From NCBI GenBank assembly GCA_039028615.1, contig JBCCHT010000010.1:160001-224000 (forward strand): 64,000 nt of DNA. The letters run 5' to 3'. The stretch comes from Myxococcota bacterium (GTDB lineage: Bacteria; Myxococcota_A; Polyangia; Nannocystales; Nannocystaceae). A program made the translations under genes and the position numbers. Under the pieces are notes generated by a model. That model had not been told where the DNA came from and ran no database searches. It saw only the letters and a list, made by a program, of their open reading frames with translations. Below are positions 21,701 to 30,503 of this stretch, in pieces (the first letter of the stretch is position 1; every line of letters begins with the position of its first letter).

Positions 21701-22044
21701 AGTTCAAGGTGGGGCAGGCTCGCCTGAGCTTGCAGCGCGTGGTGGGGCCCGACGGCACCTGGGGACAGCTCACCCTCGTGCGGCACGACGACCCCACGCC
21801 GGAGACCTATCGGCTCGATCGCCAGGCGATCACCATCGGCCGCGAAGAGGGCGACATCACGCTGCCCAGCGACACCTTCGTCTCCGGGGACCACTGCCGC
21901 TTCATGCGAGAGGGCAACGCGGTCTATCTCGAGGATCGCGGCAGCAGCAACGGCACCTACATTCGCGTGCGCGCCGGCCAGTGCGTGGCCTTCGGGGGCC
22001 TGCTTTTGGTGGGGCACACCCAGTTCAAGGTGCAGCAGGCCTAA
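18790..22044 (+). CDS. Double zinc-ribbon / long acidic-Pro disordered linker / tandem FHA domain protein
   Basis: CSNC...FCFNCG and CRSCG...FCGECG; C-terminal FHA motifs IGR...VSGDHC...DRGSSNGT; GGAG RBS before GTG 18790. Confidence 0.88.
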   Translation: MICSNCQVENPDRARFCFNCGHRLAPPDAPPPSEERPCRSCGALLPLEARFCGECGTPDPLADIPVPVPAAAPAPQPAAPSPAVAPAPEPEPSAPAPSEAPPPAAAVAYDDEEEEEEVTVMRSTLHDVDELAAPTARPKPPTEPAKAATARALQRRLDGGQPSPGAYSKQGPSLRGRRTPNEGTPSRSSKPTRPLGSSAPLPGAGARPAKDTRPSPAARATPGPKPSTGAGASSRATPGGGSARPASTPSPSKGSGRASHRPGGYSRPRTTTEPQSVVYATPRPDEAAELLSSPDGWPDITDEVAEIRFNAIEGFDEQTRQQVWKLEAKYPGHPEVGALVAEVAAEDSARAGAARAKAKAASEAAAATAPAPEDPSSAAVPTPIDDSPASMPSVVSSPSAPPSLLTPVDGPPPLGRFPVSRGDGEAPADLGPAVTGRTAPPLMPEEAVTGRTLVPSTEPAESIEPPSDSDDTPVGLELPSLVSRSATAPPPAEADDELETSDALLAVDVAGFDALDDEDQQTPAPVGVPPIEKPMIEDSRVLGGPLLEDSLPLGLTPMREPPVSYEPLPAVEEPGIVESLDLDAAGDPPAPVAPPAEPVLDFEDEDELDPGVPQFSADEDAVPTGEPLAAESGEVEEIEDVEEIEEIDEVEEIEEVEEIEEVEEVRDADPIPNLPGYEEDLDAADRTVMVRGYQPPAPFAAEPPPPFGAAAATPAPAPAAADEDDELGGMYRTTLAPSGSSRPTLAPVDDDPRSPDELETTLAPGEYTASGLSSPTLAPGDFDGDDDDEEPTAADSGSLASGVRENSRPEVGMTTPDRESDSASASGSFRISDLGLEEMPDLEAETSSVRRIDVEADVDSQELTVEGTVVAHNPLPPSPYGGGEAPVPIVPVRLIMLGSRGEVVTERTIDSGAYIDVGRQPGEPWSNDRRMETLHARLFSAPGGVIVDDFGAPTGVYTQISDMVAVEDGDEFKVGQARLSLQRVVGPDGTWGQLTLVRHDDPTPETYRLDRQAITIGREEGDITLPSDTFVSGDHCRFMREGNAVYLEDRGSSNGTYIRVRAGQCVAFGGLLLVGHTQFKVQQA
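20689..20784 (+). repeat. 9-bp tandem repeat (about 10 units) encoding (V/I)EE repeats
   Basis: gtcgaggagatcgaggacgtcgaagagatc... translating as EVEEIEDVEEIEEIDEVEEIEEVEEIEEVEEV. Confidence 0.85.
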
Positions 22045-22400
22045 GAGCGCTCGGATGGCGACCGATGATCGGTCGCCGCGGGATGGGGCCCGGGAATGCG
22101 GCCGTCGCCGAAGGTGGTGGGCTCGCTCAGGTCGCGCTCGGTGGTCATCACCGCGGGTCGGTCGGGCTGGAAGATGGCGTTGAGCTCGAGCAGGGCGTTG
22201 CCCACCGCGGCCCCCAGGGCGAAGCTGGTGAGCGTGCTGCCCGTGCGCTTGCGGATGCGTCGACGCCGGATGGCGTACAGCACCGAGAACACCAGCAACA
22301 GCAGCACCAGCGGCGCGAGAGCCAGGGTCCCGTCGCCCTCGGGCGGCAGCGGCTCGCGGAGCACGGTCATCCCCGGCTCTATCGACATCCACCCGAGCAT
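22041..22400 (-). CDS. Small hypothetical membrane protein
   Basis: Hydrophobic LALAPLVLLLLVFSVLYAI followed by RRRRIRK; TACGAT 7 nt upstream of the ATG. Confidence 0.55.
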   Translation of the reverse strand: MLGWMSIEPGMTVLREPLPPEGDGTLALAPLVLLLLVFSVLYAIRRRRIRKRTGSTLTSFALGAAVGNALLELNAIFQPDRPAVMTTERDLSEPTTFGDGRIPGPHPAATDHRSPSERS

Positions 22401-22442
22401 GGGCGCTATCGTAGCCCGGTGATCCCGGCGATCTGACCGACG

Positions 22443-24911
22443 ATGAGCACTTCATCTTCACTTCCCATCGAACACGTGCGGGGCGACGTCGAGCGTGCGT
22501 TGGGCCGGGCGGAGCCCATCGTGGTGGCGGCACCCACCGGCTCGGGCAAGTCGACCCAGCTGCCGGGTTGGTTGGCGGAGGCTGGCCCGGTGTTGGTTGT
22601 GGAGCCGCGGCGAGTGGCGTGTCGGGCGTTGGCTTCGTGGGTCGCGAAGCTGCACGGCGAGACCCTCGGGGAAGACGTCGGCTATCGGGTGCGCTTCGAT
22701 GATCGCACGACGGCGGAGACCCGCATCGTGTTCGCCACGCCGGGCATCGCGTTGAACCTGCTGGCCAGCGGTGAGGCCGAGCGCTTCGCCACGATCATGG
22801 TCGACGAGTTCCATGAGCGCTCGTGGGAGATCGATCTGCTGGTGATGTTGGTGCGGCGCGCCCGAGCGGCGGGCGGAGGACCTCGCCTGTTGCTGTGCTC
22901 GGCGACGCTCGATACCGACGCGTTGGTCGAGGCCCTGGCCGCGCAGCGCATCGAGGCCGAAGGTCGACGTTTTCCCGTGACGGTAGCCTACCGCGGCGAA
23001 GCGACGCCGAGCCCCCGCGACCTCGAGCCGCGCGTGGCCGCGGCGGTGGAGCATGCGATCGGGAACTGGCCGGAGGGCGACGTGCTGGTGTTCTTGCCCG
23101 GCAAAGGGGAGATCGAGCGCTGCGGCCGGGCCCTGGCTCGGTTGCCCGTCACCTGCTGCCCCGTGCACGGGGGCCTGCCGCCCGCGGCCCTGATGCGGGC
23201 GTTCGCGGAGGCGCCCGGGCGCCGCGTCTTTTTGTCGACGAACGTGGCCGAGACCTCGCTGACCTTGCCCGGGGTCCGCGTGGTCATCGACAGCGGCCTC
23301 GTGCGACGGCGACAGCACCAGGCGGGACGGTCGGTGCTCGCGTTGCTGCCGATCTCGCGGGCCTCGATGGAGCAACGGGCCGGTCGGGCGGGACGGGTGG
23401 CGGAGGGGCACTGCATTCGGCTTTGGGGAGAGGGCTTTGCTGCCGACGCGGTGACCCCTCCCGAGATCGCGCGAGTCGAGCTCGACGACATGGTGCTGCG
23501 GGCGAGCCAGTGCGGCATCTCGGCGGGCGAACTCCACGAGGCGCCCTGGGTCGAGTCACCGCCTCCCTTTGCGCTCGAGGCCGCGATCGAGCGCCTCCGC
23601 GCCGCGGCGACCCTCGACGGGCAGGGCCGGCTGACGGCGGTGGGCCGAGCGCGGGCCAAGCTGCCGGTCTCGACCATGAGCGCACGAATCCTCGTCGATC
23701 CACCCTCCGCGTTGGCGGGCACGATCGCCGACCTGGTCGCGCTGATGGAGCTCTCGCGGGACCTGGTGCTGCCGGGTATGCAGTCCGAGTCGGTGCAGCT
23801 GGCCCGGCGCGAACTCTTCGGCAAGGCCGTCGACGAAGTCGAGGTGCAACGATTGGCGCTGCGCGCAGGCAAGGCTCGGGCCCATGGCCTGCACCCGGCC
23901 GCGCTCGAGGAGGCGCGCAAGCTGACGCGAGCGTTGCGGGCCGCGGTGGGAGCGAAGTCGCGGGCCGATGAAAAAGAACTCGATCGCGATGCGCTCGTCC
24001 AACACCTGCTCGAGCGCGTACCCGAGGCGGCGTTCGTCCCTCGGGCTCGCGCGAGCAAGGTCAAGGGCAAGCCCCGTCCCGGCAAAGGCAAGGGCCCGAG
24101 CGCGGTGCCGTGGGGCAACGGACGGCTCGAGGTGCTGGTGCGACCGACGTGGGTTCCCGGGCTCGAGGCCGACGAGCAGCCGAGTGCCGCCGAGGCCGGA
24201 GTACTGCTGGATCTCGAGTGGCTCGGCCATGGGCGTAGCGCTCAGGGGCGCGGCCGGATGCTGCTGCGCTGTCGGCTTCGTCAGCTGCATGCGGCCGGGC
24301 TGGGCGACACCACCTTCGGCCCGCCGATCCTCGATCGCAAAGGGCGAAGGACCGAGGTGGTGGCGGACCAAGAACGCACCTACGCCGGGGTCTGTCTTCA
24401 CCGAGAGCGCGCCCCGCTGACCGGCGCAGCGCTGTGCGAAGGCATCGCGACCTTGCTCCTCGACGGTCGCGTCATCAAGGGCCTGGGCGAGCGCGTACGC
24501 GACGACCTGCACTTGTGGGGCCTCATCGAACAAGACGGAGAGGGGGAGCCGCAGCCCGTTCCCGAGCCCCTCGAGTTCCTCCGCGAGCGCTTGCAGACCC
24601 TGGGGCTGTCATCCTTCGAGGAATTGAGCCTGCTCGAGCCCGACGACCTGTGTCCCGATGTCGAGGCGCGAGCGACCGCGCGTGGGATCTTTGGCCGAGC
24701 GCTGCAATCGTTGCGCGAAGATTTTCCGCGGATCTTCGCGTACGAGAGCACCGTCTATCACTGCCGCGTCGAGCTGCGAGCACGACGAGTCACCTTGCAC
24801 GTGCAGCGGGCCAAGGGGAAGGGAAGCGAGCCTCCCGTGCGGGTGCTGCCGCGGTTCCGTGGGTTCGCAGTCGAGTACCAAAAGGCGAGCCGTCGTCTTC
24901 GTTTGCGGTAG
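22443..24911 (+). CDS. hrpB: HrpB-like DEAH-box ATP-dependent RNA helicase
   Basis: APTGSGKST, EPRR, DEFHER, SAT, FLPGKGEI, STNVAETSLT, QRAGRAGR; C-terminal half is divergent. Confidence 0.85.
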   Translation: MSTSSSLPIEHVRGDVERALGRAEPIVVAAPTGSGKSTQLPGWLAEAGPVLVVEPRRVACRALASWVAKLHGETLGEDVGYRVRFDDRTTAETRIVFATPGIALNLLASGEAERFATIMVDEFHERSWEIDLLVMLVRRARAAGGGPRLLLCSATLDTDALVEALAAQRIEAEGRRFPVTVAYRGEATPSPRDLEPRVAAAVEHAIGNWPEGDVLVFLPGKGEIERCGRALARLPVTCCPVHGGLPPAALMRAFAEAPGRRVFLSTNVAETSLTLPGVRVVIDSGLVRRRQHQAGRSVLALLPISRASMEQRAGRAGRVAEGHCIRLWGEGFAADAVTPPEIARVELDDMVLRASQCGISAGELHEAPWVESPPPFALEAAIERLRAAATLDGQGRLTAVGRARAKLPVSTMSARILVDPPSALAGTIADLVALMELSRDLVLPGMQSESVQLARRELFGKAVDEVEVQRLALRAGKARAHGLHPAALEEARKLTRALRAAVGAKSRADEKELDRDALVQHLLERVPEAAFVPRARASKVKGKPRPGKGKGPSAVPWGNGRLEVLVRPTWVPGLEADEQPSAAEAGVLLDLEWLGHGRSAQGRGRMLLRCRLRQLHAAGLGDTTFGPPILDRKGRRTEVVADQERTYAGVCLHRERAPLTGAALCEGIATLLLDGRVIKGLGERVRDDLHLWGLIEQDGEGEPQPVPEPLEFLRERLQTLGLSSFEELSLLEPDDLCPDVEARATARGIFGRALQSLREDFPRIFAYESTVYHCRVELRARRVTLHVQRAKGKGSEPPVRVLPRFRGFAVEYQKASRRLRLR

Positions 24912-24939
24912 GGTCGTGGCACCCGAGGCTCTCGCTGCC

Positions 24940-25875
24940 ATGACGTCGATCGATTACGACCGCCTCTTTGCGACCCACCGCGAGCACCTATGGGGGCTTT
25001 GCTATCGCGTGACCGGCAGCGCAGCCGATGCCGACGACTTGGTGCAGGACACCTTCCGTCGGGCGATCGAGTCGCCGCCGCCCGATCGGTCGCGACCGTG
25101 GCGGCCGTGGTTGGCGACCGTGGCCACGCGCCTGTCGATCGATGCGCTGCGACGTCGGAAGGCGAGGCGCTACGTCGGCCCGTGGTTGCCGTCGCCCCTC
25201 GAGACGCCGCCGGGTGACGAACGGGGGCAGCTCGCATCGTCCCAGGCGGACATGGAGACTCGCTACGGTCTGCGCGAGAGCGTCTCCTTCGCCTTCCTGC
25301 GGGCACTGGAGGCGTTGAACCCGGTGCAGCGGGCGACCTTGGTCCTGCGTGACGTGCTCGGTTACTCGGGCCCAGAGACGGCGCAGGTGCTCGAGGTCTC
25401 GGCCGACAACGTGCGCGTCATCTTGCACCGCGCTCGCCAGGCCCTGAGCCGCTACGACGAGGAGCGACAACCGCCTTCGTCCTCGGTCGATGCACGCCAC
25501 CAGGCTGCGCTGCAGCGCTTCATGATGGCGCTCAGCTCGGGCGACGCGGCTCGCATCGCCGAGTGCCTGGCCCAAGAGGTGCGAGTGAGCACCGACGGCG
25601 GCGGGCGCTACCGGGCCTCGACCAAGCCGGTCGTCGGCCGCGATCGAGTCGCCTCGTTCTTCGTGGGCCTGCTGCTTCATGGTGGGCCGCCCGTGGCCGC
25701 GGACTTCCGACTCATCAGCGGTCGCCCCGGCATCGTGAGCCGGCAGCCGGTCAACCATCCTCGCGATGCTCCGCGGGCGTGCATGACCTTCGACCTCGAT
25801 GCGAACGACCAGATCGTCGACATCCACGTGGTGTCGATGCCGGACAAGCTCGGGGCGCTGAGCTTCCCCGGGTAG
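24940..25875 (+). CDS. ECF sigma factor with C-terminal SnoaL-like extension (ECF41/SigJ-like)
   Basis: YVGPWLPSP linker, LRDVLGYS...LHRAR region 4, TDGGG...PVVGRDRVA extension. Confidence 0.92.
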   Translation: MTSIDYDRLFATHREHLWGLCYRVTGSAADADDLVQDTFRRAIESPPPDRSRPWRPWLATVATRLSIDALRRRKARRYVGPWLPSPLETPPGDERGQLASSQADMETRYGLRESVSFAFLRALEALNPVQRATLVLRDVLGYSGPETAQVLEVSADNVRVILHRARQALSRYDEERQPPSSSVDARHQAALQRFMMALSSGDAARIAECLAQEVRVSTDGGGRYRASTKPVVGRDRVASFFVGLLLHGGPPVAADFRLISGRPGIVSRQPVNHPRDAPRACMTFDLDANDQIVDIHVVSMPDKLGALSFPG

Positions 25876-25880
25876 CCGAC

Positions 25881-26588
25881 TCACGGCTCGACTCCGAAGC
25901 GCTCGGCCGCATAGCGGGCGAAGTCGCTCTGGAACGGGTCGTCGATCGCATAGAGCACGCCGCCGAAGCTCAGGACCCCGAGTACGACCAGCAGCGCCGC
26001 GGCGCCCAGCGGGACCCAGAAGCGGTTGCCCAGGCGGCTGACCGAGGGCACGCGAACGCCTAGGGCCTTGAGGCTCATGATGACGCCGTAGGTGCCGTGA
26101 TAGAGCCCCGTGAGGCCGAGCAATATGTAGTAGGGGACGAAGAAGCCGGGCAGGTACACCAGGGCGAAGCTCACCCCGATGAAGCCCAGGTGGACGTCAT
26201 CGAGCAGGGACGGGGCCCGAGTCGCCGCCATGTGTCCGAAGATCACCAGCAGCAGGAAGTACGCGCTCATGCGATGCAATCGGGTTCGCAGGGGCAGGCG
26301 CGACCAGTTGCGGGTTCGCGGGCGCTGGCGGATGCGAGCCACGCCCGCGGCGATGTGGATGAGCAATGCGGTGAGCAGCCCGCCGATCTCGAAGAGCGGA
26401 AACTGATAGAGCGGACGGACTCGGATCTGAAACGCGTCGTAGAGGCCGGGGCCGAACGCCGACACCATCAGGTTCAGCAGGTGCAGGAACAAGAACGTGG
26501 CGAAGACCAAGCCGGAGATCGCCTGGGCGCGGATCAAGCGACGCTCGCGACGGGGCGCGGCCGGGGGGGCAGGGTGCGGATCGTGCAT
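25881..26588 (-). CDS. Multi-pass membrane protein with conserved TM histidines (succinate-dehydrogenase cytochrome b558 / DUF1691-like)
   Basis: QAISGLVFATFLFLHLLN, LIHIAAG, IFGHMAAT, LYHGTYG; 5-6 TM helices. Confidence 0.7.
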   Translation of the reverse strand: MHDPHPAPPAAPRRERRLIRAQAISGLVFATFLFLHLLNLMVSAFGPGLYDAFQIRVRPLYQFPLFEIGGLLTALLIHIAAGVARIRQRPRTRNWSRLPLRTRLHRMSAYFLLLVIFGHMAATRAPSLLDDVHLGFIGVSFALVYLPGFFVPYYILLGLTGLYHGTYGVIMSLKALGVRVPSVSRLGNRFWVPLGAAALLVVLGVLSFGGVLYAIDDPFQSDFARYAAERFGVEP

Positions 26589-26599
26589 GACGACCACCT

Positions 26600-26627
26600 C
26601 ACGCACGAGGGGTCATCGACCGTTACA
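26600..26627 (-). promoter_or_regulatory. Putative ECF41-type promoter of the membrane-protein gene
   Basis: TGTAACG, 17 nt, CGTG on the minus strand; resembles the ECF41 TGTCACA-N16-CGTC consensus. Confidence 0.45.
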
Positions 26628-26677
26628 CGCGGCCCCGATGTTTCTAGCCGAGGCCCGTAAATGGCCCGTAGGAGGCC

Positions 26678-27991
26678 CTAGGCGGCGGATTCGTCGGCCT
26701 CGGGCTCTTCGGCCGCGGACGCTTCGCTCTTGCTCTGCGCCAGCGCTTCTTCGGCCGCGAGGCGCTCTTTGGGGTGATGGATGACGCCCATCACCGTACC
26801 GCCGCAGCGGGGGCAGGTCTCCATCTCGGGCGTCAGCTCGCCGCCGCACTTGGGCTCGGAGCAGCGCCGGTCGGGGATGAGGCGTCCGACCCCGAGACCG
26901 AGCACCCCCAGCGCGGCCGCGGCTGCGCCGGCTTGCCACATGGGGATGTCGACCCCGAGCTCCATGCGTCCGGCGAGCATGCCCATCATGGCCACGGGCA
27001 GCGCGAGCATCTTGGCCAGGCGCAGGGCCTTGCTGCGCTCCACTCGGAAGACCGGCTTGCCGTCGTTCATCCCGGTGACGCCGCGGTCTTCGTCCTTGCG
27101 CTCCTCGGGCTCCTCGCTCTCGTCCTCTTCATCGGCGATGGGCGCGAGCAGGACGTCGAAGTCGGGCGCGGGGGGCCAGTGCTCCTGCGGGGGCAGGGCG
27201 AGCTGCTCTTCCAAGGGCGGATCGAGTCGCTCTACCACGGCCAGCGAGGCCCGCACGAACCCGGCCGGGTTGGCGGAGAGCTGCTTGATGAGCTGACGTC
27301 GCGAGCGGCCGCGGATCTCGCGGACCTCGAGCTGCGCCGCGAGCAAGAACCCGACCGACTGCGGATCGAGGAAGCCGAGCCGGGTTCGCATGCGGTTGCC
27401 CCGACGGCCCCAGCCTCCGCCGCCTCCGCTGTGACGCAGGGCCGCGTTGGCGGTGAGCATGCCGAAGCCGAGGTACACCGCGGTGACGTCGACCAGGCGC
27501 TGGCGCGGGGCGTCGTCGCCGATGGGCAGGCGATGCACCCGGCGATAGGCCTCGGCCACCGCCCGCGCCATGGCGGGCACGACGACAAGCGGGTCTCGGA
27601 GCGCGGCCGATTGCACCGCGAACTCCAGGTTGCCTTGGCGGAGCCCTTCGAACGAGACGCCGCTGGTGCCCGCGGCCACGTTTCCGCCCTCGTCGAGCAC
27701 CTTGACCACCACCGGGTAGTCCTCGACGCCCGCGTACCGCAGCAGTCGGCGAGCGAGTCGGCGCACGCTGGGCTCACCCCCGGCCCAGGGATCGGGGAAG
27801 TAGTCGTCGTTGGCCTCGAGCAGGGGCGCGCTGACGAACGGGCCCACGCCGCGTTCTTTCACCAGCAGCGCGAGCTGCTCGATGAGCCACGTCCGCGCCT
27901 CCGGAGGCGGGATCAGGACCTCTTGGTCGAGCTCGTCCTCGTCGACTTCTTCGAGGTCGGTCGGGTTGGCGTTGGGGCTGGGGTCGCTCAC
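26678..27991 (-). CDS. Hypothetical protein: degenerate zincin-like domain, two TM helices and a C-terminal zinc ribbon
   Basis: MARAVAEAY...RLVDVTAVYLGFG; TMs near the C-terminus; CSEPKC...CPRCG; GGAG RBS before GTG 27991. Confidence 0.7.
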   Translation of the reverse strand: MSDPSPNANPTDLEEVDEDELDQEVLIPPPEARTWLIEQLALLVKERGVGPFVSAPLLEANDDYFPDPWAGGEPSVRRLARRLLRYAGVEDYPVVVKVLDEGGNVAAGTSGVSFEGLRQGNLEFAVQSAALRDPLVVVPAMARAVAEAYRRVHRLPIGDDAPRQRLVDVTAVYLGFGMLTANAALRHSGGGGGWGRRGNRMRTRLGFLDPQSVGFLLAAQLEVREIRGRSRRQLIKQLSANPAGFVRASLAVVERLDPPLEEQLALPPQEHWPPAPDFDVLLAPIADEEDESEEPEERKDEDRGVTGMNDGKPVFRVERSKALRLAKMLALPVAMMGMLAGRMELGVDIPMWQAGAAAAALGVLGLGVGRLIPDRRCSEPKCGGELTPEMETCPRCGGTVMGVIHHPKERLAAEEALAQSKSEASAAEEPEADESAA

Positions 27992-28183
27992 GACGGGCTC
28001 CAGAGTCTGCGCGTGGCCACGTAGCATACGTCGCGGCCCTCGTCCGTATTACCGCGTCCTGCCGCGTTCCTGACCGGAGCGGGCCTGCGCGGCACAATGG
28101 GGCGTGTGCTCGCTCGCACCTGGGCTCCTGCGGAGCGGTCGGGTCCGGCCCGGCGCAGGGCACGATGCGAGCAAAGACCGCGC

Positions 28184-29479
28184 TCAGCGGCTTCGCGAGC
28201 GGCAGCGCGACTCGTGCTCTTGGCACTTGAAGCGCACGTGCAAGTGATCGACGTGCCCTTTGACGTGCTGGATGAGCGCGCTGCGTCGCGGAGGCGAGCG
28301 CGGGTACTCCAGCCATCGCGACAGCTCTGCCTTGGGGACGGTGCCCTGGGCGACGGCGTGGTCGTACAGCAGCTTCTGGATCGCCGAGTCGATGAAGATC
28401 ACCTCGATCTGTCCCGTGGAGCGCAGCAGCTTGAGCAGGTTCCAGGTCTCGGCCGCGTCGAGGTTCTTCGCGGTCATCGAGCGCCAGTTGAGCTCCTCGC
28501 CCTTGGGCAGCACCTGGAGGTAGCCGAGATCGACATCGCGCCCGCTCTGGTGGGTGCTGTGGGGCTCGAGGCGGCCGCCCTTACGCGCGGCCATGTTGCC
28601 TACGAGGATCGGCTGCACTTCGCCGCGGTCCGCCCAGCGGCGCAGCACCTTGTCGAGCAGCGAGACGGTGTGCTCCGTGCCGTACGACTTCCACGGGATT
28701 GCCTTGAGGTGGCGCCCTGGGCCCTCGATCATCGGCACGCCGCCCTCGAGGGTGCCGTTGCTGGGCAATCCCACCGATTGGCTGCTCTCGTCTTCGTCCC
28801 GGAGGTAGACCACGACCTTGGAGTTGGGCGGCAGCTCGCTCTCCAGCGCCTTGCCCGGGTTCATCGCGGTGATCTCGTGGTGGAAGATCTTGTAGAGGTT
28901 GGCGACGTTCTTGATCGAGCCGCCGTGCCGAATGGTGTAGGTGATCTTCTTCGGCGGGGACAGCTCGGTCGCCCAGCCCTGGGGGAGCGGCTCGGGCGGG
29001 AGGACCTCGTCGTCGGGCTCGTCGATGGGATCCTCGGGTCGGTCGTCGGCTCCGGCCGCCGCGGGCTCGGGATCGGGCTCGTCGACCAGGGGTTCTCCGT
29101 CGGCCTCGTCCTCGTCGCGGGGTTCGTCCTCGCGGTCGTCGTCGACCTTCGCACCCGCCACCGCAGGGGCGGCGTCGGGCGAGACGCTCAGGGCCGGGCC
29201 GGGCTCGGGGGCGCCGCAGCGCAGTGCGGCGGCGACGGCCCATACGCCACCGCCCAGCACGATCAGGGTCGGGCCGAGCTGGCGACGTGGGGGAGGGGAG
29301 GCTTCGGCGACGGGTTCGTCGTCGTCCTCTTCGAGGTCGTCGTCCTCGTCGAGGTCGTCGTCCTCGTCGTCGGAATTGGCGTCGTCGAGCTGCTGCGCGT
29401 CCTCGGCCTCCTCCTCTACGGAGGAGGGGTCGGACCCGGAGGCCTCGAGATCCTGCTCATCGTCGTCACGGTGGGCCAT
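28184..29479 (-). CDS. mepA: Membrane-anchored penicillin-insensitive murein endopeptidase (MepA family) with LysM domain
   Basis: SVGLPSNGTLEGG, HSTHQSGRDVD, HVDHLHVRF; LysM-like YTIRHGGSIKNVANLY; acidic N-terminus plus a TM. Confidence 0.85.
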   Translation of the reverse strand: MAHRDDDEQDLEASGSDPSSVEEEAEDAQQLDDANSDDEDDDLDEDDDLEEDDDEPVAEASPPPRRQLGPTLIVLGGGVWAVAAALRCGAPEPGPALSVSPDAAPAVAGAKVDDDREDEPRDEDEADGEPLVDEPDPEPAAAGADDRPEDPIDEPDDEVLPPEPLPQGWATELSPPKKITYTIRHGGSIKNVANLYKIFHHEITAMNPGKALESELPPNSKVVVYLRDEDESSQSVGLPSNGTLEGGVPMIEGPGRHLKAIPWKSYGTEHTVSLLDKVLRRWADRGEVQPILVGNMAARKGGRLEPHSTHQSGRDVDLGYLQVLPKGEELNWRSMTAKNLDAAETWNLLKLLRSTGQIEVIFIDSAIQKLLYDHAVAQGTVPKAELSRWLEYPRSPPRRSALIQHVKGHVDHLHVRFKCQEHESRCRSRSR

Positions 29480-29642
29480 GGCGCGGGAGCCGATAGTGGG
29501 CTGCGGCGGCCCCTCGAAGCAAGTTCTGGGCGCAAGCGCTCGCGCGCGCGCCGCAAACGGGCACCTAGAGCCCCTTTTGGGGCTCACAGATGCCGGTCGC
29601 GGATCGGGACGGTGGCCGAAAACCGGTGACGCGACGTGCGTC

Positions 29643-30503
29643 TCACTCCGGCGGCGGGCAATCGACGAACAGCAGGTTCACGTGCCGGGCGAAGGTCGGC
29701 GGCTGCGAGTCGAGCACCGTGCACTCGCGCTCGGGATGGTCGACCGTGAGCTCGTAGGTGCCCTCGGGGCCCGGCTCGACGTTGAAGAACACCGCGACCG
29801 GGTAGAGGCTCCACTCGATGTCGCTGGTGTTGAGGATCGGCTGGCCATCCGAGTTGGGAGCGTAATAGGTGTTGGGCTCGGGCGGCGGGTCGAGGGTGAC
29901 GGTGGCTCCCGTCGCGGTGTTCTGCTGGATGGCGACCAGCAGCACCGCGCGCTCTTCGTCGAGCATCACCGTCTTGTCCTGAGCCTGCAGCGCGTTGACC
30001 TGAAGGTCGATGACGTCGAGCGAGACCTGCGACAGCTCGAAGTCGTCGACGCCCTCGAGCCCCGTCTCGAACTGGAGCACGCCGCCCCAGTAGTTGTCGG
30101 TGTCGGCCACGATGAAGCGGTCGGTGATGTTGACGGGTAGCGCCTCGAACTCCCAGTCGCCGCTGGCGTTGCTGGTCGTCTCCAGCTCGGGCATGCCGAG
30201 TACCGAGATCTGGGCGTCGACGATCGGGCCCATCGCGAAGAAGTCCTGGATGGTGCCGCCGAAGCGAACCTCGGTGGGCGGCTCGCCCGTGCTCTCTTCG
30301 CCGCCCTCGCTGCTGCTGCCGCCGCCCTCGAGCACGCCGCTGCCGGAGTCGGCACTCTCGCCCGTGGTGGTGCCCGGCGCCTCTCCTGTGGTCGTGCCCG
30401 AGCTTCCGTCCGCCGAGCTGGCGGGGGCGCTGTCATCCGCGCAACCCACGACGAGGAGTCCGGCGACGATGAGCGAAGAGGTCGAGGCGTAGTTCAAGCG
30501 CAT
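29643..30503 (-). CDS. Hypothetical lipoprotein (carboxypeptidase-regulatory-like beta domain)
   Basis: Lipobox LVVG-C, Ser/Gly/Thr linker, TTSNASGDWEFEALP. Confidence 0.75.
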   Translation of the reverse strand: MRLNYASTSSLIVAGLLVVGCADDSAPASSADGSSGTTTGEAPGTTTGESADSGSGVLEGGGSSSEGGEESTGEPPTEVRFGGTIQDFFAMGPIVDAQISVLGMPELETTSNASGDWEFEALPVNITDRFIVADTDNYWGGVLQFETGLEGVDDFELSQVSLDVIDLQVNALQAQDKTVMLDEERAVLLVAIQQNTATGATVTLDPPPEPNTYYAPNSDGQPILNTSDIEWSLYPVAVFFNVEPGPEGTYELTVDHPERECTVLDSQPPTFARHVNLLFVDCPPPE

